From Flavobacteriales bacterium (GTDB lineage: Bacteria > Bacteroidota > Bacteroidia > UBA10329), in NCBI GenBank assembly GCA_021739695.1, contig JAIPBM010000023.1, positions 1,156 through 65,155 of the forward strand: a stretch of 64,000 nt of DNA, written 5' to 3'. Below are positions 21,711 through 30,463 of the stretch, in pieces (within the stretch, counting starts at the first letter, position 1; each line of letters starts with the position of its first letter). Position numbers and translations under genes: made by a program. The notes beneath the pieces are model-generated. The model was not told the DNA's origin, searched no databases, and worked only from the letters and a program-made list of their open reading frames with translations.

Positions 21711-23747
21711 ATGGCAGAAGAAAAAAAATCAGCAGAAACCACAGAAAACAAGGTTGCTGCAAACGCTGGAGCAGATGCTCCGAAAGCTAAAAAACCACGA
21801 ATTAAGGCAACACCAGTAGCAGAAGAAACTGAGGAATCAGTAGAAGCTGCAGCACCAGTTGCAGAAGTGGAAGTTGTAGCCGAAGTTGAAGCTGCAACTG
21901 AAGAAGTAGCTGAAGTAAAACCAAAGAGAACAGAGCCTCGCAAACCAGCTGAGCGTCCTGCTGACTTTGATTGGAGTGCCATCGGTAAGAAACAAGAAGT
22001 TTATGCTGAGAAGGAACGCGCTGCGTTGGAGGCAATGTATGATGCCACCATCACTTCGTTCAATTCTAATGACGTGCTTGATGGTACGATCATAGAAAAG
22101 ACCAAAAAGGATTTCATCGTAACTATCGGTGGAAAATCTGAAGGTATCGTTCCTTTGAGCGAAACACGATACAACCCTGATTTCGAAGTAGGAAACCCGA
22201 TTGAGGTTTACATTGAGAAAGTAGAGGATAAAGGTGGACAATTGGTATTGTCTCACAGAAAAGCCCGTGCCCTTCGTTCTTGGGACCGAGTTAATAAAGC
22301 CTTGGAAGATGATGAAATCATCAGAGGACAGATCAAATGCAGAACTAAAGGTGGTCTTATTGCCGATGTATTCGGAATTGAGGCATTCCTTCCAGGTTCT
22401 CAGATTGATGTGAAACCTATCCGTGACTACGATGTGTACGTAGGTAAGATCATGGAGTTCAAAGTGGTTAAGATCAATAACGAGTACAAAAACGTTGTTG
22501 TTTCGCATAAAGCGCTTATCCAAGCAGAACTTGAATCTCAGAAGAAAGAGATCATCGGTAAATTGGAGAAAGGACAGATCCTTGAAGGAACTGTTAAGAA
22601 CATCACTTCATACGGTGTATTCATCGATCTTGGAGGTGTTGATGGACTTATCCACATCACCGACCTTTCTTGGGGACGAATCAATCATCCAGAAGAAATC
22701 GTTGAACTTGATCAGAAAATCAATGTGGTTATCCTTGATTTCGATGACGATAAAAAACGAATCGCTCTTGGTCTTAAACAGCTAAGCTCACATCCATGGG
22801 ATGCTCTTGAAAAAGACGTTAACATTGGAGACAAAGTGAAAGGAAAAGTTGTTGTTGTTGCTGATTACGGTGCGTTTGTAGAAGTTGCTCCAGGAGTGGA
22901 AGGACTACTTCACGTTTCTGAAATGAGCTGGTCACAGCACTTGAGAAGCGCTCAGGATTTCCTTAATGTTGGAGACGAGGTTGAATGCGTTGTCCTGACT
23001 CTTGATAAAGAAGATAGGAAAATGTCATTGGGTATCAAACAATTGATGCCAGATCCTTGGACCGACATCGTTACCAAATATCCTATGGGATCGCAGCATA
23101 CTGCTAAAGTTCGCAGCTTTACCAACTTCGGAATTTTTGTTGAGTTGGAAGAAGGAGTTGATGGTTTGATTCATATCTCTGACCTTTCATGGAACAAGAA
23201 AGTGAAGCATCCATCTGAATTCACCAGCATTGATGCTGATATCGAAGTTCAGGTTTTGGAAATCGATGCTGAGAACAGAAGATTGAGCCTTGGACACAAA
23301 CAATTGGAGCAAAATCCATGGGATGTGTTTGAAACGGTCTTCACAATCGATAGCGTTCACCAAGGAACAGTTACCTCTGTAAATGACAAAGGAGCTACCG
23401 TTGCTTTACCTTATGGTGTTGAGGGATTCGTTCCAAAACGTCACATGGCAAAAGAAGATGGTTCTGAAGTGAAATTGGAAGAAGCTGCAGATTTCAAAGT
23501 GATTGAATTCAGCAAAGACAGCAGACGTGTCGTTGTTTCTCATGCCAAGATCCACTCAGATGAGGCATTTGCTTCTCAAGCGGAAGAAGGCGACAAGAAG
23601 AAAGCAGCTGGAAATGCTACAAGCCGCGGAGTTAAGAAAGTACAAGCAAGTCAAGAAAAGACAACACTTGGAGACCTTGACGCTCTTGCAGATCTCAAGT
23701 CTCAACTTGAGAACTCGGAAAAGGCAGCAAAAAAGGCCAAGAAGTAA
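21711..23747 (+). CDS. rpsA: 30S ribosomal protein S1
   Basis: six S1 repeats (FLPGSQID, GLIHITDLSW, GLLHVSEMSW), C-terminal KTTLGDL; highly expressed codon bias. Confidence 0.97.
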   Translation: MAEEKKSAETTENKVAANAGADAPKAKKPRIKATPVAEETEESVEAAAPVAEVEVVAEVEAATEEVAEVKPKRTEPRKPAERPADFDWSAIGKKQEVYAEKERAALEAMYDATITSFNSNDVLDGTIIEKTKKDFIVTIGGKSEGIVPLSETRYNPDFEVGNPIEVYIEKVEDKGGQLVLSHRKARALRSWDRVNKALEDDEIIRGQIKCRTKGGLIADVFGIEAFLPGSQIDVKPIRDYDVYVGKIMEFKVVKINNEYKNVVVSHKALIQAELESQKKEIIGKLEKGQILEGTVKNITSYGVFIDLGGVDGLIHITDLSWGRINHPEEIVELDQKINVVILDFDDDKKRIALGLKQLSSHPWDALEKDVNIGDKVKGKVVVVADYGAFVEVAPGVEGLLHVSEMSWSQHLRSAQDFLNVGDEVECVVLTLDKEDRKMSLGIKQLMPDPWTDIVTKYPMGSQHTAKVRSFTNFGIFVELEEGVDGLIHISDLSWNKKVKHPSEFTSIDADIEVQVLEIDAENRRLSLGHKQLEQNPWDVFETVFTIDSVHQGTVTSVNDKGATVALPYGVEGFVPKRHMAKEDGSEVKLEEAADFKVIEFSKDSRRVVVSHAKIHSDEAFASQAEEGDKKKAAGNATSRGVKKVQASQEKTTLGDLDALADLKSQLENSEKAAKKAKK

Positions 23748-23753
23748 ATCAAG

Positions 23754-23784
23754 AAAAACCCCGCTAACAGCGGGGTTTTTTTTT
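23754..23784 (+). terminator. intrinsic terminator of rpsA
   Basis: aaaaaccccgct-aac-agcggggttttt stem followed by a T-tract. Confidence 0.9.
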
Positions 23785-23798
23785 ACCTAATATCGAAT

Positions 23799-23806
23799 TA
23801 CATTTG
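23799..23806 (+). promoter_or_regulatory. -7 promoter element for pyrR-pyrB
   Basis: TACATTTG, 10 nt before the pyrR ATG. Confidence 0.6.
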
Positions 23807-23816
23807 CACGAAATCA

Positions 23817-24368
23817 ATGAGCATTGAGTCGCGCATAATCTTAGATAGCCAACAGCTCAATCTTTCTATTGAAAGAATTTGCTATCAGCTCATCGAGAAC
23901 CACAACGATTTTTCGGACACGGTTTTGGTTGGATTACAACCCAGAGGCGTTTTTGTCGCTCAGCGAATCCACAAAAGATTAGAAGATCTCCTTGGAACCA
24001 AAGTATTGCTTGGTTCATTGGATATCACTTTCAATAGGGACGACCACCGTAGGCACGACCTTCCGCTGATTCCGTCTAAAACCAAAATGGATTTTCTTAT
24101 CGAAGGAAAAAATGTCATTATGATAGATGACGTGCTATTCACTGGAAGGACAATTAGAGCGGGTATGGATGCGATGATGGCATTCGGAAGACCCTCTACG
24201 GTTGAATTAGTAGTTCTGGTTGATAGAAGATTCACTAGGCAACTTCCTATAGAACCTAATTATGTAGGAGCTAGAATTGATACGATTGTTTCCGAAAGGG
24301 TAGAAGTGGCTCTTTTGGAAAGTGGCGGCAACGACACGGTTAAACTTTATTCACCTGAAGCAGAATGA
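23817..24368 (+). CDS. pyrR: PyrR bifunctional regulator / uracil phosphoribosyltransferase
   Basis: LDITF.RDD, IDDVLFTGRTIRA, VLVDR...LPI. Confidence 0.92.
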   Translation: MSIESRIILDSQQLNLSIERICYQLIENHNDFSDTVLVGLQPRGVFVAQRIHKRLEDLLGTKVLLGSLDITFNRDDHRRHDLPLIPSKTKMDFLIEGKNVIMIDDVLFTGRTIRAGMDAMMAFGRPSTVELVVLVDRRFTRQLPIEPNYVGARIDTIVSERVEVALLESGGNDTVKLYSPEAE

Positions 24369-25291
24369 GCGGGTTATCGGTAAAACATCTTCTTGGCATA
24401 AAATACATCACCAAAGAGGATATAGAACTGATTTTTCAAACGGCAGATAATTTCAAGCAGGTCATTAATCGACCTATTAAGAAAGTGCCTTCGCTTCGCG
24501 ATATTACCATCGCTAATCTGTTCTTCGAAAACTCAACTCGAACAAAACTTTCCTTCGAATTAGCTGAAAAGCGTCTGTCTGCAGATGTGATCAATTTTTC
24601 AGCTTCAGCTTCTTCAGTAACGAAAGGAGAAACGCTACTCGATACGGTCAATAATATTTTGGCGATGAAGGTGGATATGGTAGTTATGCGTCATCCATTG
24701 CCTGGTGCTGGTCAGTTTCTTTCAAGAAACATCAATGCGGTCATTGTAAATGCGGGTGATGGAACGCACGAACATCCAACCCAAGGATTGTTGGATGCGT
24801 ATTCCATTCGCGAAAAATATGGTGAGGTAGCTGGCAAAAAAGTCGTGATCGTAGGTGATATTCTTCATTCGCGGGTGGCGTTGTCAAACATTTTCGCCCT
24901 TCAGAAACTTGGAGCAGAGGTTAGGGTCTGTGGTCCTGCCACGCTTATCCCAAAGCACGTGGAGTCTTTAGGTGTGAAATACGAACCGAACCTTATAAAG
25001 GCTTTGGAATGGTGTGATGTCGCCAATATGTTGAGAATTCAGTTGGAACGTCAGGATGTTCAGTATTTCCCAACGTTGAGGGAATATTCGCTTCAATATG
25101 GATTGAACAAGCAATTATTGGATACCTTAAGTAAAAAGATTACGATTATGCATCCTGGCCCTATAAACCGTGGGGTTGAAATAACTTCCGATGTGGCTGA
25201 TAGCGAACAGGCCATTATTTTGCCTCAAGTTGAAAATGGGGTTGCAGTGAGAATGGCAGTTATATACTTGCTGGCTGGAAAAATTGAATAG
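24365..25291 (+). CDS. pyrB: aspartate carbamoyltransferase catalytic subunit
   Basis: FFENSTRT, HEHPTQ, HPGPINRGVEI, QVENGVAVRMA. Confidence 0.97.
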   Translation: MSGLSVKHLLGIKYITKEDIELIFQTADNFKQVINRPIKKVPSLRDITIANLFFENSTRTKLSFELAEKRLSADVINFSASASSVTKGETLLDTVNNILAMKVDMVVMRHPLPGAGQFLSRNINAVIVNAGDGTHEHPTQGLLDAYSIREKYGEVAGKKVVIVGDILHSRVALSNIFALQKLGAEVRVCGPATLIPKHVESLGVKYEPNLIKALEWCDVANMLRIQLERQDVQYFPTLREYSLQYGLNKQLLDTLSKKITIMHPGPINRGVEITSDVADSEQAIILPQVENGVAVRMAVIYLLAGKIE

Positions 25292-25367
25292 AAACGTTTT
25301 TTAGCATATTGAAATAGATCGTAACTTACCGCCTCAATATTTTGATAAATTTGCAGCAAAGCATACC

Positions 25368-25739
25368 ATGAATTTCGAAATAGAAAAGAAAGACAACTAC
25401 GCTGTAGTAAAAGTGAAGGCTGAGAAATTGGATAGTCAGATTTCACCTTCGTTGAAGTCAGAACTGGTGGTTCTGAACGCAGATGAATTCAAGAACATCA
25501 TAATAGACCTTTCTGATACGCGATATTGCGATAGCTCTGGTCTTAGTGCCATCTTGGTTGCAAATAGATTGTGCAAGAATTCAAACGGTTCTTTTGTCCT
25601 TTGTGGACTTCAGCGATCTGTTTCTAAACTTATTTCTATATCTCAATTGGATACCATTTTGAATATAACACCAACGCTTGAGGAGGCAGTGGATCTCTTG
25701 GCTTTGGAATCAATTGAAAAAGACCTTAATGACGAATAA
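25368..25739 (+). CDS. STAS domain protein (anti-sigma factor antagonist)
   Basis: DLS..RYCDSSGLSAIL; TAAATTTG promoter element at 25346-25353. Confidence 0.88.
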   Translation: MNFEIEKKDNYAVVKVKAEKLDSQISPSLKSELVVLNADEFKNIIIDLSDTRYCDSSGLSAILVANRLCKNSNGSFVLCGLQRSVSKLISISQLDTILNITPTLEEAVDLLALESIEKDLNDE

Positions 25740-25777
25740 TTTAAATCTAAACTCTAAACAATAATTCAAACAAAATC

Positions 25778-26704
25778 ATGAAAAAAGTTCTACTTACATT
25801 TATTGCTGGTGCACTTTCAATCAGCTTTGCTGGTGCACAATGTACTCCAGATCCAGCCTTGGCTGGCGAATCATTTGGTCTGTTTCCAGATAGCTTGGCT
25901 ACTGTTTACACTTTTCCAGGTGCTGGTGATCAAGTTCGCGTTGTTGATTTGGTTACTTTTGCTGATACCTCATTGCCAAATCCAATTAACCCAGCAGGTG
26001 GAGATATCGTTATCTACATCGATGCTTTCAAAATTGTTGATGTAAGAAACGTTCCTGCAGGAATGACTTACGGAACAAACATTCCTACGAATGACCCATC
26101 TGTCAATGCAACAACATCTCCTTGGGGAATTTGGTACAATGGAGGAACTGTTCCAAATCAAACACTTACTCAAGGTTGTGTTTATATTAACGGTACTGAA
26201 GGACAATGGAGTGCTCTTGCTGCAACTGAAACTTACGGTGCAGGTTCTATGCAAGGTGCTGTTCAATTGGAAATTGATGTTGATGCAAGAATTGCAGCAT
26301 CTAATCCTGACATCAGCGCAATCATCGCAAACGGAGCTTGGTTAAGTTCAGTACCTGCTTCTTTTGGTGGTGGTGTTATTACTGTTGATTCTTACTGGTT
26401 GGTAGCTAAGGAAAGCGGTGTTGGCATTGCTGAAGTTGACGAAAGCAAATTCATGCTTGTTAACAGCTACATTGACAATGCAACTGGAATCACAAACATC
26501 GAGTTCAATGCTCCTTACGACATGAAAGGACTTGAGTTCAACGTTTACAGCGTTCTTGGAAGCAAAGTTCAAAATGTGAAGTTTGACGTTGAAAGAGGAA
26601 TGAATGCTGTTAAATTCAACGGAACTCGTCATGCTGCTGGTCTTTACATCTACACTATTTCTGATGGAAACAGCATGCTTACAAGCAAAATGTACACTAA
26701 CTAA
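25778..26704 (+). CDS. secreted protein with probable T9SS C-terminal sorting domain
   Basis: signal peptide, AQCTPD start, C-terminal VYSVLG...AGLYIYTI...SKM pattern. Confidence 0.7.
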   Translation: MKKVLLTFIAGALSISFAGAQCTPDPALAGESFGLFPDSLATVYTFPGAGDQVRVVDLVTFADTSLPNPINPAGGDIVIYIDAFKIVDVRNVPAGMTYGTNIPTNDPSVNATTSPWGIWYNGGTVPNQTLTQGCVYINGTEGQWSALAATETYGAGSMQGAVQLEIDVDARIAASNPDISAIIANGAWLSSVPASFGGGVITVDSYWLVAKESGVGIAEVDESKFMLVNSYIDNATGITNIEFNAPYDMKGLEFNVYSVLGSKVQNVKFDVERGMNAVKFNGTRHAAGLYIYTISDGNSMLTSKMYTN

Positions 26705-26724
26705 GAATTAGTTGGTTTTATGAG

Positions 26725-26755
26725 AAGCCTCGCATCATTGATGCGGGGCTTTTTT
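26725..26755 (+). terminator. intrinsic terminator
   Basis: aagcctcgcatc...gatgcggggctt hairpin followed by a T-tract. Confidence 0.85.
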
Positions 26756-26802
26756 ATGCCATATACCCTCAATCGGGTATTGCTGCTGGGCAATTGGTAG
26801 GA

Positions 26803-26837
26803 TAGATTTGCGTCACTATTTAAAATCAATCTAAATA
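26803..26837 (+). promoter_or_regulatory. -7 promoter element plus adjacent Fur-box-like palindrome
   Basis: TAGATTTG (26803-26810) then TATTTAAAATCAATCTAAATA (26817-26837, 8 of 10 palindromic pairs) upstream of an iron-uptake-like operon. Confidence 0.6.
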
Positions 26838-26848
26838 ATAAAAGCCTA

Positions 26849-27994
26849 TTGCAAATCCTTACAAAATCATACCTCGCTGTCTCTTCAATACTCGTTTTCA
26901 TTCTCATCATCACAGCTTCATGTAATCAAAATGAAGAAGGTGAATTAGAAGTTCCATTGACTTACTCCTTTGCGAGAAACGGAGTGTCTACGGTTGATTA
27001 TTCAGGACAGACAGAGCGTTTGGACATGTTGACCATACTGGGTAATTACCTTAAAACTGCTAATACGGTTGGTGCGGCTCCATTGGACGCTGATGTGCTG
27101 AAAGCCATGTTCCGTAATCAGAACGATCCGTTTTCAGGTCAATCATTTGAGAAAGATCTGGTGTCGAAATGTTTTGGGCCTGACACAAGCTTTTTTCTTC
27201 AATTATTTGATGATGTAGCATTAGCAAGTCAATCTAGTACAACCGCATCAAACGGAGTGGCTGGAGTCTTGGTTGATGGAAGTAGTGATCCAAACAGTGG
27301 ATATCGTGTGAATGAAAACGGAATAGAGTACAGGCAAGTGATCATCAAAGGGTTGATGGGAGCTGTTTTCTATTATCAGGCCATGGAAATTTATTTGTCG
27401 GAAGATCGAATGGGAATTGATGGAAATCTGGATTTTGAGACTGGAGAGAATTTTACATCAATGGAGCATTATTTTGATGAAGCCTTCGGTTATTTCGGAA
27501 TTCCAACCGATTACCCTAATCCCGTGACGTTGGAAGATGCCAGATTTTGGGGTGAATACTGTAACACACGTGATGAAGGTCTTTATCCAGGAATTAATAA
27601 TATAATCTCTACCGCTTTCCGAACCGGAAGGGCGGCTATTTCTGCGAAAGATTATGCGGCTCGTGATGAGGCCATTCAAACCCTGATGCAAAAATGGTCG
27701 GTTGTGATTGCCGCATCAGCAGTTGGCTATTTGAATGAAGGCTTGTCTACTTCCGGTACGCCTGTATACAAACGCCACCACGAAATGAGTGAAGCAATAG
27801 GTTTTATGCTTGCGCTTAAGTATCATTTCAATGGGGGAAACTCAAAATATCCACCACATTACACATATTCGCACATTGAAGATGCATTGGCAATTGTTGG
27901 CTTGGAATCCAATTTGTACGAGCTATCCGATGCACAGATTCAAATGGCCATTGACCACATAAAGATGGCATTCCCAACTGGAGAGATCAAATAA
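26849..27994 (+). CDS. DUF4856-like lipoprotein (iron-regulated)
   Basis: lipobox TASC; TY.F.R.G.STVDYSGQ..R, KGLMGA, MEHYFDEAFGYFG. Confidence 0.78.
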   Translation: MQILTKSYLAVSSILVFILIITASCNQNEEGELEVPLTYSFARNGVSTVDYSGQTERLDMLTILGNYLKTANTVGAAPLDADVLKAMFRNQNDPFSGQSFEKDLVSKCFGPDTSFFLQLFDDVALASQSSTTASNGVAGVLVDGSSDPNSGYRVNENGIEYRQVIIKGLMGAVFYYQAMEIYLSEDRMGIDGNLDFETGENFTSMEHYFDEAFGYFGIPTDYPNPVTLEDARFWGEYCNTRDEGLYPGINNIISTAFRTGRAAISAKDYAARDEAIQTLMQKWSVVIAASAVGYLNEGLSTSGTPVYKRHHEMSEAIGFMLALKYHFNGGNSKYPPHYTYSHIEDALAIVGLESNLYELSDAQIQMAIDHIKMAFPTGEIK

Positions 27995-27995
27995 T

Positions 27996-29114
27996 ATGAA
28001 ACGAATATTTATTGTGCTAAGCACTTTCCTTATCATTTCTACAGGCTGTAATCAGAAAGATGATCTGATTAATTGCGATTTTGATCAAGAAGCCATGTTG
28101 ACCAATTATGCGGACAACATCATCATTCCGCGCTTTGAGAATCTTAATCTTGGGCTTGCTTTTCTGCATTCCTCTGTGCTCGCTTTTAAAGCAAATCCGA
28201 CCGCTGGATTATTGGTTGAAATCCGAGTATCATTCGGAGCGGCTTATTTAGCATATCAGGATTGTAGCCCATTTGGATTTGGACCTGCCTTGATAAATGG
28301 GGTCTCGTTCCGAGAGCGGTTCAATACGTTCCCAACGAATGTTGCCGCAATTGAAGCAAATATCAGCAGCGGATCTACGGTTTTAGCGGGTTCAAAATCT
28401 GCTGTTGGATTTCCAGCCATTGAATATTTGATCTTCGGGGATGGCACGATGACCGAACAGCAACTTTTGGAAGCTTTCACAACTGGATTGAATGCTGACG
28501 CTCGAATGGCTTATCTAGAAGATTTGGCCACTGAAATGAAGAACACGGGCGCAACCATTAGTGAACATTGGGATTCATCGCGATCTGCGTTCATTTCCAA
28601 CACTGGTGCTGCTGAAGGAAGCTCGATTTCACTGCTGGTCAACGATCTGAACTTTGATTTCGAGACGCTGAAGAACTTTAAGTTCAAGATTCCCTTAGGT
28701 AAGTTCAACGGTGGAGCTATTTTGCCAGAAACCGTAGAAGGTTATTATGCTGGTGGATCCATCCAACTGGCACAACGACAATTGCTTGGAATGCGTGAAA
28801 TGTTTCTAGGAATTGGAAGCAATGGTGCTGATGAACTTGGGTTATATGAGTTCACGGAATGCGTAAAACCTTTAACCAATGATGAGCAACAACAAGGAAT
28901 TGTTTCGTTGGCTGATGAGATCAAAGATCAATTCTTTTCTATTGGAGATGCAATGGATTTAGTTCCAGATCCAATGTCTGAAACGCTTGTTTCTGATAAA
29001 CCGATTGTAGATGCTGTTTATTTACAACTACAGATGATGACTCCCTTGATCAAAAATGAAATGACATCTGCGATGGGAGTTCAGATCAATTATCAAGACA
29101 ATGACGGGGATTGA
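27996..29114 (+). CDS. imelysin family lipoprotein
   Basis: lipobox STGC; YADNIIIP, GFPAIEYLIF, C-terminal YQDNDGD. Confidence 0.85.
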   Translation: MKRIFIVLSTFLIISTGCNQKDDLINCDFDQEAMLTNYADNIIIPRFENLNLGLAFLHSSVLAFKANPTAGLLVEIRVSFGAAYLAYQDCSPFGFGPALINGVSFRERFNTFPTNVAAIEANISSGSTVLAGSKSAVGFPAIEYLIFGDGTMTEQQLLEAFTTGLNADARMAYLEDLATEMKNTGATISEHWDSSRSAFISNTGAAEGSSISLLVNDLNFDFETLKNFKFKIPLGKFNGGAILPETVEGYYAGGSIQLAQRQLLGMREMFLGIGSNGADELGLYEFTECVKPLTNDEQQQGIVSLADEIKDQFFSIGDAMDLVPDPMSETLVSDKPIVDAVYLQLQMMTPLIKNEMTSAMGVQINYQDNDGD

Positions 29115-30463
29115 TGTCCTCCATCTTTAAGCATACACAACAGCTATTGAACCGTGAAGTGAGCATTGCGCCACTTGTCACGGTTCGCTTGCTTTTTGGG
29201 TTGATGATGTTCTTCGGAACTGTCAGATTCATCAGCAAAGATTGGGTCGATCAACTGTATGTTCAGCCACATTATTTCTTCCATTATTACGGATTTGATT
29301 GGGTCAAGCCGCTTCCCGAAAACGGGATGTATTTCGTGTTCGGCTCAATGGCAATCCTCGCCCTTTTTGTGGCAGCGGGTTTTCTTTATCGCATCAGTTC
29401 GCTGCTTTTCTTTATGCTATTCACTTACGCGGAATTGATCGATGTGACCAATTACCTGAATCACTACTATTTCATCAGCATATTCTCTTTTCTGATGGCA
29501 TTGGTTCCTGCCCATCGCAGGTTTTCGGTAGATGGGTATCTGTGGCCAAAGATCAAGCGAGAAAGCATTCCGTTTTGGGTGATCGGTGCATTACGGTTTC
29601 AACTCGGAATCGTTTACTTTTTTGCAGGCGTTGCCAAACTGAATTTCGATTGGCTGTTCCGTGCCGAACCGCTTAGAACATGGTTTTTACCATTTACACA
29701 GTTACCGATTTTTGGTAAAATGTTCGGATACAGATTTACTGCGTTCATTTTTAGTTGGGCTGGGGCGTTGTATGACCTATCCGTTCCGTTTTTACTTTCT
29801 ATGCGCAAGACTTTGCCATTTGCTTACGCAGCCGTGATTGGATTTCACATTATCACGTGGCTCATGTTTCCTATCGGCATGTTTCCGTGGGTGATGATCG
29901 TGTTGACGTGGGTTTTCTTCCCGATTCCATTCCACGAAAAACTGATTACAAAACTGGAGTCGTTTTTTCCGAAGGGAGGCGTTCAGACAGCAGCATGGAA
30001 ACCCAGACTTGTCCAGCCGCTTGTTGTGTTTCTGGTTGTGCATTTCACCATTCAACTACTCGTGCCATTTCGTTATTTGCTTTATCCCGGTGAACTGTTT
30101 TGGACGGAACAGGGATTTCGATTTTCGTGGCGCGTTATGCTGATGGAAAAGTCTGGAAGTGCGCAGTTCTACGTTTCTGAACCTAAAACTGGTAGAACTT
30201 GGGACATCTACAATCCGCATTACCTTACACCGGTTCAGGAAAAGCAGATGAGCACACAGCCAGATCTCATCTTACAATATGCTCAGATTCTGGAAAGTGA
30301 GTTTCAATCCATTGGAGTAGTAGATCCTGTGGTAACGGCTGATATTTTTGTGAGCGTGAATGGGAAGCGGAGTAAGCGATACATCAGCAATAAAATTGAC
30401 CTAACTAAACTGAAGGATGGTTGGGCGCACAAAACCTGGATTTTAGACAATGAATCAGATTAG
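29114..30463 (+). CDS. HTTM domain membrane protein (vitamin K-dependent carboxylase-like)
   Basis: YLNHYY, VYFFAGVAK, IGMFP, WTEQGFRFSWRVMLMEK, QMSTQPDLILQYA. Confidence 0.87.
   Translation: MSSIFKHTQQLLNREVSIAPLVTVRLLFGLMMFFGTVRFISKDWVDQLYVQPHYFFHYYGFDWVKPLPENGMYFVFGSMAILALFVAAGFLYRISSLLFFMLFTYAELIDVTNYLNHYYFISIFSFLMALVPAHRRFSVDGYLWPKIKRESIPFWVIGALRFQLGIVYFFAGVAKLNFDWLFRAEPLRTWFLPFTQLPIFGKMFGYRFTAFIFSWAGALYDLSVPFLLSMRKTLPFAYAAVIGFHIITWLMFPIGMFPWVMIVLTWVFFPIPFHEKLITKLESFFPKGGVQTAAWKPRLVQPLVVFLVVHFTIQLLVPFRYLLYPGELFWTEQGFRFSWRVMLMEKSGSAQFYVSEPKTGRTWDIYNPHYLTPVQEKQMSTQPDLILQYAQILESEFQSIGVVDPVVTADIFVSVNGKRSKRYISNKIDLTKLKDGWAHKTWILDNESD

Noticed and set aside
21449..22523. Minus-strand ORFs of 177 and 228 aa over rpsA
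   Set aside because: Antisense shadows of a strongly codon-biased gene.
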